64,000 nt of DNA, taken from NCBI GenBank assembly GCA_018609055.1, contig JABAYJ010000009.1, positions 17,343 through 81,342 of the forward strand. Reading direction: 5' to 3'. Both the position numbers and the translations under genes were made by a program. Of this stretch, positions 1 to 10,300 are shown piece after piece. Position 1 is the stretch's first letter; each line of letters opens with the position of its first letter. The stretch comes from Flavobacteriales bacterium. Its GTDB lineage: Bacteria > Bacteroidota > Bacteroidia > Flavobacteriales_D > CAJJDF01. The notes under the pieces were generated by a model. The model was given only the letters and a program-made list of their open reading frames with translations, ran no database searches and was not told where the DNA came from.

Positions 1-903
1 TACACTCAATGAAAGAATTACAATCAAAGAGCTAATATTTAAAGAATTCCCCATCATTTTTGGTTCTAAAAAATTCCCTACAAATACTTGAATCATTCCA
101 ACAAAAATCAGAACTAGTATAAAAGGTGTGTAATCTGTTCCTCCATATTGAATCAATGCCATTAGTGCAGGAAAAAGAGTGGCAATAAGAGATCCTATTG
201 AAGGGATAAAATTTAGAATAAAAATGAAGAATGCCCAGAATAATGCAAAGTCTATTCCAATTAAATAGAGAGCAAAATAACTTAAAACGGAAGTTGTTAA
301 ACTCAATAATGTTTTGATTGATATATACTTCCCCAACGAATAATCTATCTCATGAAGAATTGTGTTAATTCTATTATAGTCTTCTTTATCGGTGTATATC
401 GCTTTTATTTTGCGTAAAAAAGTACTCTCCTCCATAAGTATGAATAGGAGATATATTAGTATGAGGAAGGTGTTGGAAAACAAGTCGCTAATGGAGTTTA
501 AGAAATCACTTGCCAAAGATTGAAATTCAAACTCTTGATTGAAATTGCTGATTTTTTCTGAAATATTAAATCCAAAACTTTTTTCTATGTTGGCAGAAAC
601 TATGTTTAGGTTGTCGGAGTAGTTAGGAATTGCTTGGGTTAATTTTTGAACATTTGAAATAAGTAGATTTGCTACCAATCCTAGGATTAAAGTAAGGACT
701 AATGAAGCTACCAATGTTTTTATCCATCTAGGAATTTTAGTTTTTATCCAATTGGATTTGTCCATAAACTCTCTGAATTCTTTGATAAGAAACCAAAGAA
801 AAATTGCTAAAATAAGAGGTATTATTATGTTTTTTGCTAGAATCAAAGTAGTGACTACTAGAAAAATAATAAACATTATTCCCGCAATTTTTTGTAATTT
901 CAT
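1..903 (-). CDS. AI-2E family transporter (runs off left edge; absent from ORF track)
   Basis: Manual translation from ATG at 903: MKLQKIAGIMFIIFLVVTTLILAKNIIIPLILAIFLWFLI..., later FWAFLIFILNFIPSIGSLIATLFP, typical of AI-2E/PerM. Confidence 0.85.
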   Translation of the reverse strand, partial: MKLQKIAGIMFIIFLVVTTLILAKNIIIPLILAIFLWFLIKEFREFMDKSNWIKTKIPRWIKTLVASLVLTLILGLVANLLISNVQKLTQAIPNYSDNLNIVSANIEKSFGFNISEKISNFNQEFEFQSLASDFLNSISDLFSNTFLILIYLLFILMEESTFLRKIKAIYTDKEDYNRINTILHEIDYSLGKYISIKTLLSLTTSVLSYFALYLIGIDFALFWAFFIFILNFIPSIGSLIATLFPALMALIQYGGTDYTPFILVLIFVGMIQVFVGNFLEPKMMGNSLNISSLIVILSLSV

Positions 904-973
904 AGTGTTGTTGAAAGTATTCTTAAATGTACTAAGAATTCTTGATTTTACTCACTAAATATAGTCTAACGAA

Positions 974-2161
974 TTGAAAAGATTTGATATTCCCGCTCAA
1001 TATAAATCAGGTATTATTGGCGAAATAAAAGAAAAAAGAAGGCTTGCAGATAGGATGAAAAAAGATTTTTCACCCTCTGTATTAGAGTTCGATAAAGTAG
1101 ATTTTGTACTTGCTCGTCATTTTGGTTTTTGTTTTGGTGTAGAGAATGCTGTAGAAAAAGTATATGCAGTTTTAGATCAGTATCCAGAGAAAAATATTTA
1201 TCTATTAAGTCAAATGATTCATAATCCAAATGTAAATGCCGACTTGCAAGAAAGAGGTATTAAATTTATTATGGACACTAATGGAACTCAGTTAATTACT
1301 TGGGATACAATTACTAGTGATGATATTGTATTAATTCCTGCATTTGGTACAACTCTCGAAATAGAAGCTATCCTGAAATCGAAAAATATTACAGGAAAAG
1401 CATTCGATACTACTTGTCCTTTTGTGGAAAAAGTTTGGAATCGCTCCGAGAAATTAGGAGAAGATGATTACACAATTATTGTACATGGAAAAGCTAGTCA
1501 CGAAGAAACTAGAGCTACATTTTCGCACAGTAGTGCAAACGGAAAAACTATTATTGTAAAGAATATGGATGAAGCTAAACTCTTAGCGAAGTTCATTGAT
1601 AAGCAATTACCTGAAAAAGATTTTTATACATTTTTTGAAGGGAAATACTCTGAAGGATTTAATCCATTTGAGGATTTACAAAAAGTGGGTGTTGTAAATC
1701 AGACAACCATGTTGGCTTCAGAAACGCATGCTATTTCTCAGTATTTTAAAGATAAGATGACTGAAATACATGGGGAGGAAAATATTAAAAATCATTTTGC
1801 AGATACAAGAGATACCTTATGTTATGCAACTAACGACAACCAATCTGCCACTCTGGAGTTAATGAAAGAAGAAGGAGATTTTGCTGTTATTGTTGGTGGT
1901 TATAATAGTTCTAATACCATGCATTTAGTAGAGTTGTTGGAGCAAAAATTTGATTCATTTTTTGTACAGAATGCCACTAGAATAGAAAGTAAGACTTGTA
2001 TAAATCACTTTGATATTCATGAGAATGTGGAGAAAACTACCGATTTTATTTCTAAATTCGAAGATAAGAAGCTTCGTGTAATAATAACCTGTGGTGCATC
2101 TTGTCCTGATAGTGTGCTGAACGAAGTAATAGAAAAAATTGTAACGCTTACCAATGACTAA
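974..2161 (+). CDS. ispH: 4-hydroxy-3-methylbut-2-enyl diphosphate reductase
   Basis: HFGFCFGV, IHNP, DTTCPFV, QTT, DTLCYAT, SSNT and GASCP motifs; TTG start. Confidence 0.95.
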   Translation: MKRFDIPAQYKSGIIGEIKEKRRLADRMKKDFSPSVLEFDKVDFVLARHFGFCFGVENAVEKVYAVLDQYPEKNIYLLSQMIHNPNVNADLQERGIKFIMDTNGTQLITWDTITSDDIVLIPAFGTTLEIEAILKSKNITGKAFDTTCPFVEKVWNRSEKLGEDDYTIIVHGKASHEETRATFSHSSANGKTIIVKNMDEAKLLAKFIDKQLPEKDFYTFFEGKYSEGFNPFEDLQKVGVVNQTTMLASETHAISQYFKDKMTEIHGEENIKNHFADTRDTLCYATNDNQSATLELMKEEGDFAVIVGGYNSSNTMHLVELLEQKFDSFFVQNATRIESKTCINHFDIHENVEKTTDFISKFEDKKLRVIITCGASCPDSVLNEVIEKIVTLTND

Positions 2162-3572
2162 AAAGTTTAAAATAACTGCCCTAATATTGTTTTCATTAAT
2201 TTCTATCAAAGGAATTTCTGGAGTCCAAGCTATATTCAATTACAAGCAGTTTATGGCGCCAAGTAAAGAGATTTATATCGAGAGTTATTTGTCTTTTGTA
2301 TCATCCTCATTAAAATATAAAAATCCTGAGAACTCAGTTCTTCAGGCAAGATTACTTGTTACACAGTATATTAAGCAAGGAGGTGAAATACTTGATTTTA
2401 AAAAATACAAAGTACTTGGGCCTGAATTGGAAGATAGTATTGCTGTTGATTTTAAAGATCAACAAAGATTTGTTTTAACTCCAGGTTATTATCAAGTTGA
2501 GATTGAAGTAATAGATTTAAATGACAGTTTAAAGACACCAACAATAACTTCTCGAACTATTAATATAGAGGGTTATAAGAATAAGATTAATGTTTCGGAT
2601 TTAGAACTGATTGACTATTTTAAAAAATCAGATAAGAATAATAAAAATGAGTTTTCTAAATCGGGGTTTGATATTTATCCAATGATATCTAACTATCTGC
2701 CAACTGATGTAGAAAAGTTAGCTTATTATTTTGAAGTTTATAATAATCAAGCCTCAAAGCCTAAAGTACTCGTTAAACAATATGTAGAAACCTATTATGG
2801 TAACAAAATATTGCCTAGTTACTTGAAACGTTCGGTTAAAATATTAGACCAAATAACCCCAGTGATGGGAGTTTTTAATATTAGTAAACTACCTACAGGT
2901 AATTATAATTTGGTTATTGAAATAAGAGATTCTTCCAATAAAGTCATAGCAAAGGACAAGGTTTTTATACAAAGAGTAAACACGAATGTTCAAATTCAAG
3001 TAGCTTCTAAAATAATAAGTGAAGAACAACAAAATAGCTACTTAGTATTTGAGGATTCAATTGATTATTTCCTTGAATCTATGGCGATAATTGGAAATAG
3101 TTTTGAGTATAATGTGCTTAAGGGAGATAAGTCTAAGCTGACTTATGAAATGAAGCAAAACTACTTTGCAAGTTTTTGGCAATCGCGCTACGGGGTTGAT
3201 GCTATAGCTCAATGGAATAAATACAGAGCATTAGTTTATGAAGCCGAACAAAAGTACGGGACTAAAATAAGAAGAGGTTACGAAACAGATATGGGACGTG
3301 TTTTTATTAAATACGGAAGGCCTAACGATATTGATGAACGATTAAATCAACAGGCAACTTATCCATATATCATTTGGCATTATTACAAAGCAAACAATCA
3401 ATCTAACGTGATGTTTGTGTTTTATAATTCTACAGCTGTTAATCAAGATTTTGAATTAATCCACTCTACAATGCAAGGAGAAATTACCAATACCAATTGG
3501 AAAACCTATGTAAACAAAAGAGTAGGAGGTGGCGATTCTCGAATAGATCAAGATGAACGCAGAATGAGATAG
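2154..3572 (+). CDS. GWxTD domain-containing exported protein
   Basis: Signal peptide; C-terminal GYETDMGRVFIKYGRP...YIIWHYY. Confidence 0.8.
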   Translation: MTKKFKITALILFSLISIKGISGVQAIFNYKQFMAPSKEIYIESYLSFVSSSLKYKNPENSVLQARLLVTQYIKQGGEILDFKKYKVLGPELEDSIAVDFKDQQRFVLTPGYYQVEIEVIDLNDSLKTPTITSRTINIEGYKNKINVSDLELIDYFKKSDKNNKNEFSKSGFDIYPMISNYLPTDVEKLAYYFEVYNNQASKPKVLVKQYVETYYGNKILPSYLKRSVKILDQITPVMGVFNISKLPTGNYNLVIEIRDSSNKVIAKDKVFIQRVNTNVQIQVASKIISEEQQNSYLVFEDSIDYFLESMAIIGNSFEYNVLKGDKSKLTYEMKQNYFASFWQSRYGVDAIAQWNKYRALVYEAEQKYGTKIRRGYETDMGRVFIKYGRPNDIDERLNQQATYPYIIWHYYKANNQSNVMFVFYNSTAVNQDFELIHSTMQGEITNTNWKTYVNKRVGGGDSRIDQDERRMR

Positions 3573-3600
3573 AATTAATTTAATTCAGGATTAAATAATC

Positions 3601-4200
3601 TTATTTGTATTTCTCAATAAACACTTTCATTACTTTAACGAATGCTTCTGGCTCATTATTCATAGGTGAATGACCAGAACCTTCAAAAATATGTATTTCC
3701 TTAAATGGAGTGTTTACCAAATTAAAAGCTGAAACACCTAATGCTGGTGGTACAACTAAATCATATTTTCCCCATAAAAATTGACTAGGAATTGTAATTT
3801 CTCCTAATCTACTTGTTAAAGGATTTTGTTGAGAATCTTCATTAAGAATTGGGTTTACAAATGAGTTGGCTAACTTAACAGCTAATCCTAAATCAGGATT
3901 TGTTAATGAGCCGTGAGTACCAGATGAACCTGAAAGACTTGAACTTACCAGAGGAAGATGAGATTCAGCTGAAAAAGCTAACTTATCAATGTTTGGTGTA
4001 ATTGCTGTAGAATCACCATAAGCTCCCAAGGTTGTTCTAAGATCATCAATAGAAATGAATAAAATATTTGGTTTAGTAATCTTCTTTTTAGTTTCGGTAC
4101 AGCTAGATGTGGACAATAATATAAGCGTCAGAATTAAAAAAGGCGAGTAGCAGTTTATGCTTAATTTGAACTTTTTTAAACTGCTGTTGAGCTTTATCAT
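3601..4200 (-). pseudogene. Chimeric ORF: sulfatase N-terminus fused in frame to alpha/beta-hydrolase C-terminus
   Basis: Lipobox + KPNILFISIDDLR...TPNIDKLA with no CxPSR; ends in IPSQFLWGKYD...GSGHSP. Confidence 0.75.
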
Positions 4201-4264
4201 AATTAGCTATATTATATTTATATAATGCTTTAATTTAATAAATAAATGCTAGAATGAGGCTTGT

Positions 4265-4858
4265 TTATAAATCAATGACACAAAATCCAATATGGATATT
4301 CCCTGTTTCTTTATCTATAAATAATTCTCTTTCCTTTACTGTGCCATGGCAAGTATTCTTCGAGCAAAATAATGATCCTCCAGCAATTCTTACTAGCTCA
4401 CTGTTTTTATTTTGAGTAATATCCCATACATTACCTAGTATGTTTACTTTATCTATATCGGAAATAGGGTATTTATTATCTGAAACAACAATTCGAGTAT
4501 CTTTTTTAACTAATTTCCAGTATTCCTCATAACTTGGTAGTCGTTTATTTGCCCAATTGCAATAGGCTATCGCATCATTGTAGCTTACTTGTGTAACAGG
4601 TAATCTTCCTGAAGTAACTTTGTTTACTCCATCTGGTTTTCTCCAGGTGGAGTTAGTTACTTCTTTAAAATTGTAAACATCTGTTTGTACAATAGACCAG
4701 CCATATTTTTCGGCATCCGTAACATAATTAGTTTCATTCACAAATAATTCAAATTGAGAATGTGATACTGGTTTAAGTATTACTTTGTTTTGATTACATG
4801 AACTAAAAATAATACTAGCTAGAATAATTAAATTCCAATTTCTTAAAGCTAACCACAT
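4265..4858 (-). CDS. Formylglycine-generating enzyme (SUMF1/FGE-sulfatase) family lipoprotein, compact
   Basis: FVNETNYVTDAE, PVTQVSYNDAIAYCNWANKRLPS, GNVWD, GGSLFCSKNTC. Confidence 0.8.
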   Translation of the reverse strand: MWLALRNWNLIILASIIFSSCNQNKVILKPVSHSQFELFVNETNYVTDAEKYGWSIVQTDVYNFKEVTNSTWRKPDGVNKVTSGRLPVTQVSYNDAIAYCNWANKRLPSYEEYWKLVKKDTRIVVSDNKYPISDIDKVNILGNVWDITQNKNSELVRIAGGSLFCSKNTCHGTVKERELFIDKETGNIHIGFCVIDL

Positions 4859-4871
4859 ATTATTTATTTTA

Positions 4872-6290
4872 CTAAACGACTTTCAACCCAAGTTTATCAC
4901 CAAGTGAAACCATGTACTCAAAAGCTTCGTCAAAATCGTTTTTAATTGTTCCTTCTAAGATAGCGTCTTTAATGTCGCTTTTGATTTTACCAACTTCATA
5001 ACAAGGCTTTATTCCAAACGTCTTCATGATGATTTCACCAGAAATCGGAGGTTGCCAATTTCTAATTCGGTCGTTTTCTTCAATTTCAATTATTCGCTCT
5101 TCTACTTTATCAAATTTCTGGAGATACCTCTGAACTTTGTTTTCGTTTTTTGAAGTAATATCTGCTCTGCATAATTTCAGTAAATCATCAATATCCTCTC
5201 CAGCTTCAAATAGCATTCTGCGGTAAGCTGCATCTTTTGTGTTAGGATTGGTTAGTGCAATAGGTCTCAAGTGAAGGAAAACAAGTTTTCGTACATATTG
5301 CATGCTAGAATCAAGCGGTAGCTTCATTCTTTTAAAAACAGGTTTAACCATTTTTGAACCAACTACTTCATGGCTATGAAAAGTCCACCCTACTTTTTTA
5401 TCAAAACGTTTAGTTGGAGGTTTAGCAATGTCATGCATAATTGCAGCCCATCTCAACCATAAGTTATCCGTATTTGGTGCAATGTTATCCAGTACTTCAA
5501 GCGTGTGATAAAAATTATCTTTATGTCCTTTCCCATCTATAAACTCTACTCCATAAAGAGCAACCATTTCTGGGAAAATAATATCTAATAAGCCTGTGTT
5601 GTACAGTAATTTAAATCCAATAGAAGGAACATTAGAAAGGATAATCTTATTAAGCTCAGAGGTAATTCGCTCTTGAGAAATTATCGAAATACGTTCTTTG
5701 TTTTCACGAATAGCACTAAGACTAGTGTGGTGAATGTTAAATCCTAATTGACTTGCAAATCGAATTGCTCTCATCATTCTTAATGGATCATCCGAATAAG
5801 TGACCTCAGGTTCAAGAGGAGTTTTTATTAATTTGTTTTTTAAATCAGTAACTCCGCCAAATGGATCAACAAGGTCTCCGTAAGTAGCTTTGTTTAAACT
5901 TATTGCCAAAGCATTAATTCTAAAGTCTCTACGTTTTTGGTCGTCTTCAATGGTTCCGTTTTCTACGGTTGGTTTACGGGAGTTTCTGTCGTATGATTCT
6001 TTTCTGGCGCCTACAAATTCAATTTCATAGCCGTCTTTAAGTTTTATCATAGCAGTCCCAAAATTCTTAAATACAGATACTTTGGTAGCATTTACTTTTT
6101 CAGCAATTTTTTCAGCCAGTTCAATTCCGCTTCCTTCAATTACAATATCAATGTCTTTACAAGGTCTTCCTAATAATAAGTCACGCACAAATCCGCCAAT
6201 TACAAATACTCGCTCATTTTGAACCGCATCTCTAATTACCTCAAATATTGGGTGGCTAAGTTGGTTTGCTAATTGTGTTTCTTGCATCAA
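4872..6290 (-). CDS. cca: CCA tRNA nucleotidyltransferase (HD domain)
   Basis: GGFVRD..DIDI, RRDFRINA, DDPLRMMRAIRF, HD motif. Confidence 0.92.
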   Translation of the reverse strand: MMQETQLANQLSHPIFEVIRDAVQNERVFVIGGFVRDLLLGRPCKDIDIVIEGSGIELAEKIAEKVNATKVSVFKNFGTAMIKLKDGYEIEFVGARKESYDRNSRKPTVENGTIEDDQKRRDFRINALAISLNKATYGDLVDPFGGVTDLKNKLIKTPLEPEVTYSDDPLRMMRAIRFASQLGFNIHHTSLSAIRENKERISIISQERITSELNKIILSNVPSIGFKLLYNTGLLDIIFPEMVALYGVEFIDGKGHKDNFYHTLEVLDNIAPNTDNLWLRWAAIMHDIAKPPTKRFDKKVGWTFHSHEVVGSKMVKPVFKRMKLPLDSSMQYVRKLVFLHLRPIALTNPNTKDAAYRRMLFEAGEDIDDLLKLCRADITSKNENKVQRYLQKFDKVEERIIEIEENDRIRNWQPPISGEIIMKTFGIKPCYEVGKIKSDIKDAILEGTIKNDFDEAFEYMVSLGDKLGLKVV

Positions 6291-6305
6291 AAATAAATAA
6301 AGAAA

Positions 6306-6857
6306 TTATTTTCTTATTAATGTAAAAGTCGCATCCATATCAATTTTCATAATGGTAGATGCTTTTGGTTTTAGTTTTACATTGGGTGGTAAATTTACAA
6401 TATAATCTACTCCATCCAAAATTACATGGTCAATATCCTTAAAGCTAAGTGGAGTCGGTTTCGTGCTAATGTTTGCAGAGGTAGAGACTAATGGTTTTCC
6501 AAATTTTCTTATTAAATCATGACAAAAACCTTCTTTTACAATTCGTATTCCTACCGATTTATCTTCGGCCATTACATTATGAGCTAAATTATAACCTTCG
6601 GGATAAATGATGGTAGTAGGTTTGTCCGAAAATTCGACAATATCCCAAGCTATATCCGGAATTTGCTTAACATAACGGTTTAGCTTTACGTCTGAGTCTA
6701 ACAAGGTTATCAGGCTTTTGGATGAAGCTCTTTGTTTGAGTTTAAAAATTTTCTCAACAGCCTCTGGATTAGTTGCATCACAGCCTATTCCCCAAATTGT
6801 ATCGGATGGATAAAGGATAATCCCACCATTTCTTAGTATTTCTATTGCTTTGTCCAA
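6306..6857 (-). CDS. tsaC: L-threonylcarbamoyladenylate synthase (TsaC/YrdC/Sua5)
   Basis: YPSDTIWGIGC, STSANIS; TTG start. Confidence 0.92.
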   Translation of the reverse strand: MDKAIEILRNGGIILYPSDTIWGIGCDATNPEAVEKIFKLKQRASSKSLITLLDSDVKLNRYVKQIPDIAWDIVEFSDKPTTIIYPEGYNLAHNVMAEDKSVGIRIVKEGFCHDLIRKFGKPLVSTSANISTKPTPLSFKDIDHVILDGVDYIVNLPPNVKLKPKASTIMKIDMDATFTLIRK

Positions 6858-6876
6858 GTTTTATTGCTTTAAAAAA

Positions 6877-6884
6877 CAAAGATA
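6877..6884 (-). promoter_or_regulatory. Bacteroidota -7 promoter element (TATCTTTG) for tsaC-cca
   Basis: Exact TAnnTTTG 20 nt upstream of the start. Confidence 0.6.
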
Positions 6885-6898
6885 TACAAAGGAATTTT

Positions 6899-6906
6899 TA
6901 ATTTTG
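6899..6906 (+). promoter_or_regulatory. -7 promoter element (TAATTTTG) for the small hypothetical gene
   Basis: Exact TAnnTTTG just before ATG 6912. Confidence 0.55.
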
Positions 6907-6911
6907 TGAAT

Positions 6912-7157
6912 ATGGAAAACAAAACAAGAAATATCCGCTTGATATGGGATTTTAGAGGAGAAGATGCTGAAAAAACAGCCATTCACCATGAAATTCATCT
7001 AAAGCAATTTGCCCAAAAAGAGAATATTGAGGTAATAGAAACTGGAGTAGAACATGAAACTGAGTTGTTTTCTTTTGCATTTATTACCGTTCCTGAGCCA
7101 CAAATGAAAATTGTGAGAGATGCTTTAATCCCCCATAGAGGTGAAATTGCCGAGTAA
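6912..7157 (+). CDS. Small hypothetical protein (ATG 6912 preferred over 6906)
   Basis: LIWDFRGEDAEKTAIHHEIHL; the 6906 start overlaps the promoter motif. Confidence 0.7.
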   Translation: MENKTRNIRLIWDFRGEDAEKTAIHHEIHLKQFAQKENIEVIETGVEHETELFSFAFITVPEPQMKIVRDALIPHRGEIAE

Positions 7158-7258
7158 TTTTTAGCAACTTATAAGGCAAATTAAATCCTATGATTATGAA
7201 TACATTAAATACCTTTAAAATAAATAGGGGTAAAATTGTTTTATAACTATGGTTCTTT

Positions 7259-7266
7259 TATATTTG
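7259..7266 (+). promoter_or_regulatory. -7 promoter element (TATATTTG) for secDF
   Basis: Exact TAnnTTTG 38 nt upstream of ATG. Confidence 0.65.
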
Positions 7267-7304
7267 CACCCCTAAAAAAGTAAGTAAATTAAACAAAATA
7301 AACT

Positions 7305-10300
7305 ATGCAAAATAGAAATATTATATGGGTGTTTACCATATTATTAACGTTAGCTTGTCTATACCAATTATCATTTTCTTGGGTAACTAGTGGTGTTGAA
7401 AACGAAGCTGATGCCTACGGAGAAAGTCAAGCTGCAATGTATCAAGATGGAGATACAAGTATTGTAGAAGTAGCAAATGGAAAATTTCCAGTTTCTTCAG
7501 CAATTGAAAGATCTGTATATGCTAAAGCTGTTACTGAAAACTTTTTGGTTGAAAAAGGAAATGAGTCTGTTTACCCATTATTAGGTCATTCTTACAAAGA
7601 ATGTAAAGACAATGAATTAGCAAAAGGGCTTGACCTTGAAGGAGGGATGAGTGTAACCCTACAAGTTTCTATCCCAGATATGGTTAGAGAATTAGCAGGA
7701 AGATATTCTAAAAGAGCTGAGTTTTCTGAACCATTTAATGCTGCAAATGCAGTATTCAAATCTGAAGGAAATGAAAGAGAGTTTGTAGATATTTTTGAAG
7801 AAAAGTGTGTAGAAATGTCTCCTGATGAAAATTTGGCTTCAATCTTTAAGTTTAAAGATGAGAACGGAGATAAAATGATTGATATCTCTAACGAAGAAGT
7901 ATTTGCTGTGTTAAGAGAAAAGTCACTTGGTGCATTGGATAAGACTGAAACTGTAATTAACTCAAGAGTTTCTGGTTTAGGATTATCTCAACCATCTATC
8001 CAAAAAAATGCTAGTAAAGGAACAATTACTGTTGAATTACCTGGTGTAAAGGACAAGGAAAGAGCAAGAAAATTATTACAGAGTACTGCAAAACTTGAAT
8101 TTTGGCATACTTATAAGAATACTGATATAGGTAACGAAATTTTTGAAAAAGTAAATGATATCTTAAGTAGAACTATGTATCCTGGATTTTTGGATTCGAT
8201 AGAAAAAGCTAACGATACCTCTAACTTATTAACTGATTCTACAAATGTTGCTGATGCTGCAGATGCAACTGGAGAAGCTAATGATGGTGATTCTTCTGCT
8301 GCTTCAATGAACGATTCTTTTGATTCTTTATCTGAAAATGATGAATTTGGAGATGATGAATTAACTGCAACTGAAGAGGAGCAATTAAATGCTTTTAGAA
8401 AGTCTAACCCTTTATCAGCTTATTTATTTCCTAATGCAAATGGAGAAAGCCAATGGAATGAAGGAGCAATATTAGGATACTCTAAATGGTCTGATACAGC
8501 TAAAGTAATTGAATATTTAAATAGAGATTACGTACAAAATGTATTGCCTACAAGAGACATTATGTTTATGTGGGATGCTAAGCCAATTGATAACACTCAA
8601 GAAGGATCTCCAGAATTATTTTACTTGTACTTAGTTAAAAAAACCAAAAGTGGAGTTGCTGATTTAGATGGTGAACAAGTTGAAACTGCTAGACAAGATT
8701 TTGACCCGGTTTCAAGACAACCTATGGTTTCTTTACAGTTTAAGAGTGCAGGAGCAATTGCTTGGGCAACTATGACTGAACAAAGTGCAAATGACGAGAC
8801 AGGAATCGCAATTACTTTGGATAACAAAGTGTTTTCTGCACCAGGTGCATCAGGAAAAATTGAAGGAGGAAGAACTCAAATTACAGGAGGAAGTTTTGCT
8901 GGAACAAATGGAATAGCAGAAGCAGCCGATTTAGCAAACATATTAAAGGCAGGAGCTTTACCAGCACCATCTAAAATTGTAGATGAGTCAGTTGTAGGTC
9001 CAACTCTTGGAGCTGAAAACGTGCAGTCAGGACTTTGGTCTTTTGCAGCAGCTTTATTGTTAGTTCTTATTTACATGATATTTTATTATGCTAAGGCAGG
9101 AGCAATAGCTGATATTGCTTTGTTAGCAAACATATTTTTCATCTTTGGAACATTAGCTTCTTTAGGTGCAGCATTAACATTACCTGGTATTGCAGGTATC
9201 GTACTTACAATTGGTATGTCGGTAGATGCTAACGTACTTGTATTCGAAAGAATTAGAGAAGAACTTAGAAACGGTAAAGGAAAACGTCAGGCAATTGATG
9301 AAGGATATGCTAAAGCACTATCTGCAATTTTAGATGCAAACATTACTACGTTACTTACAGCTATCGTTCTTGGATATTTTGGAACTGGAGCAATTCAAGG
9401 ATTCGCAGTAACATTGATCATTGGTATTTTCACTTCATTGTTCTCAGCATTAATCATTTCAAGATTAATATTCAGTTACATGAGCGATACAAAGAGAGAG
9501 ATTTCATTCTCTACTTCAATTACTAAGAACTTGTTCTTGAACTTGAATATTCCTTTTATCAAAAAAAGAAAAATATTTTACTTAATCTCAGGATTAATAA
9601 TTGCAGGAGGTATTGCTTCTCTTTCTATTAGATCTTTGGATTATGGAGTAGAATTTACTGGAGGAAGAACTTACAAAGTTCAATTTGATAAAGAAGTAAA
9701 CTTCCAAGAAGTAAGAAATAACTTGAAAGTAGAATTTGGAGATAAAGAGCCAGAAGTAAAGATGATTGACAATAAGTTTAAGGCTTTAATCACAACTCAA
9801 TATTTATTGGCTGATAAGACCCAAGATGGTTCTAAAAAAGTAGAAGATGCTTTAACTAGAGGTCTTACACCATTAAGTAGCTATATAACTTTAGAGTCTC
9901 GTCAAGTAGATTCTAACATCTCTGCAGGATTTAAAACATCTTCTCTTTATGCTATTGGATTCTCATTATTGATAATCTTCTTATATATCTTATTGAGATT
10001 TAAGAAATGGCAATTTGGATTAGGAGCATTAATAGCAATGGCACATGATGTATTAATCGTGTTATCATTATTCTCTATTGGTTGGGGTATCTTCCCATTT
10101 GCAATGGAAATAAACCAAGCGTTTATTGCTGCAATATTAACAGTTGTAGGTTACTCTATTAATGATACAGTGGTAGTGTTCGATAGAATAAGAGAATTCC
10201 TTTCTGAGAAAAGAAGAGGTGACTCAAGCGAAGTCATAAACAAAGCACTTAACTCTACTTTAAGTAGAACAGTGAATACTTCTGTAACTACATTCTTAGT

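Noticed and set aside
752-958. 68-aa + strand ORF
   Set aside because: Antisense to the AI-2E transporter start; no independent support
3906-4001. 31-aa + strand ORF MSREYQMNLKDLNLPEEDEIQLKKLTYQCLV spanning the chimera junction
   Set aside because: Could hint at a small inverted fragment at the junction, but it is too short to separate from chance
8215-8395. Acidic low-complexity insert in the SecDF periplasmic domain
   Set aside because: Variable acidic linkers are usual in Bacteroidota SecDF; no distinct structure
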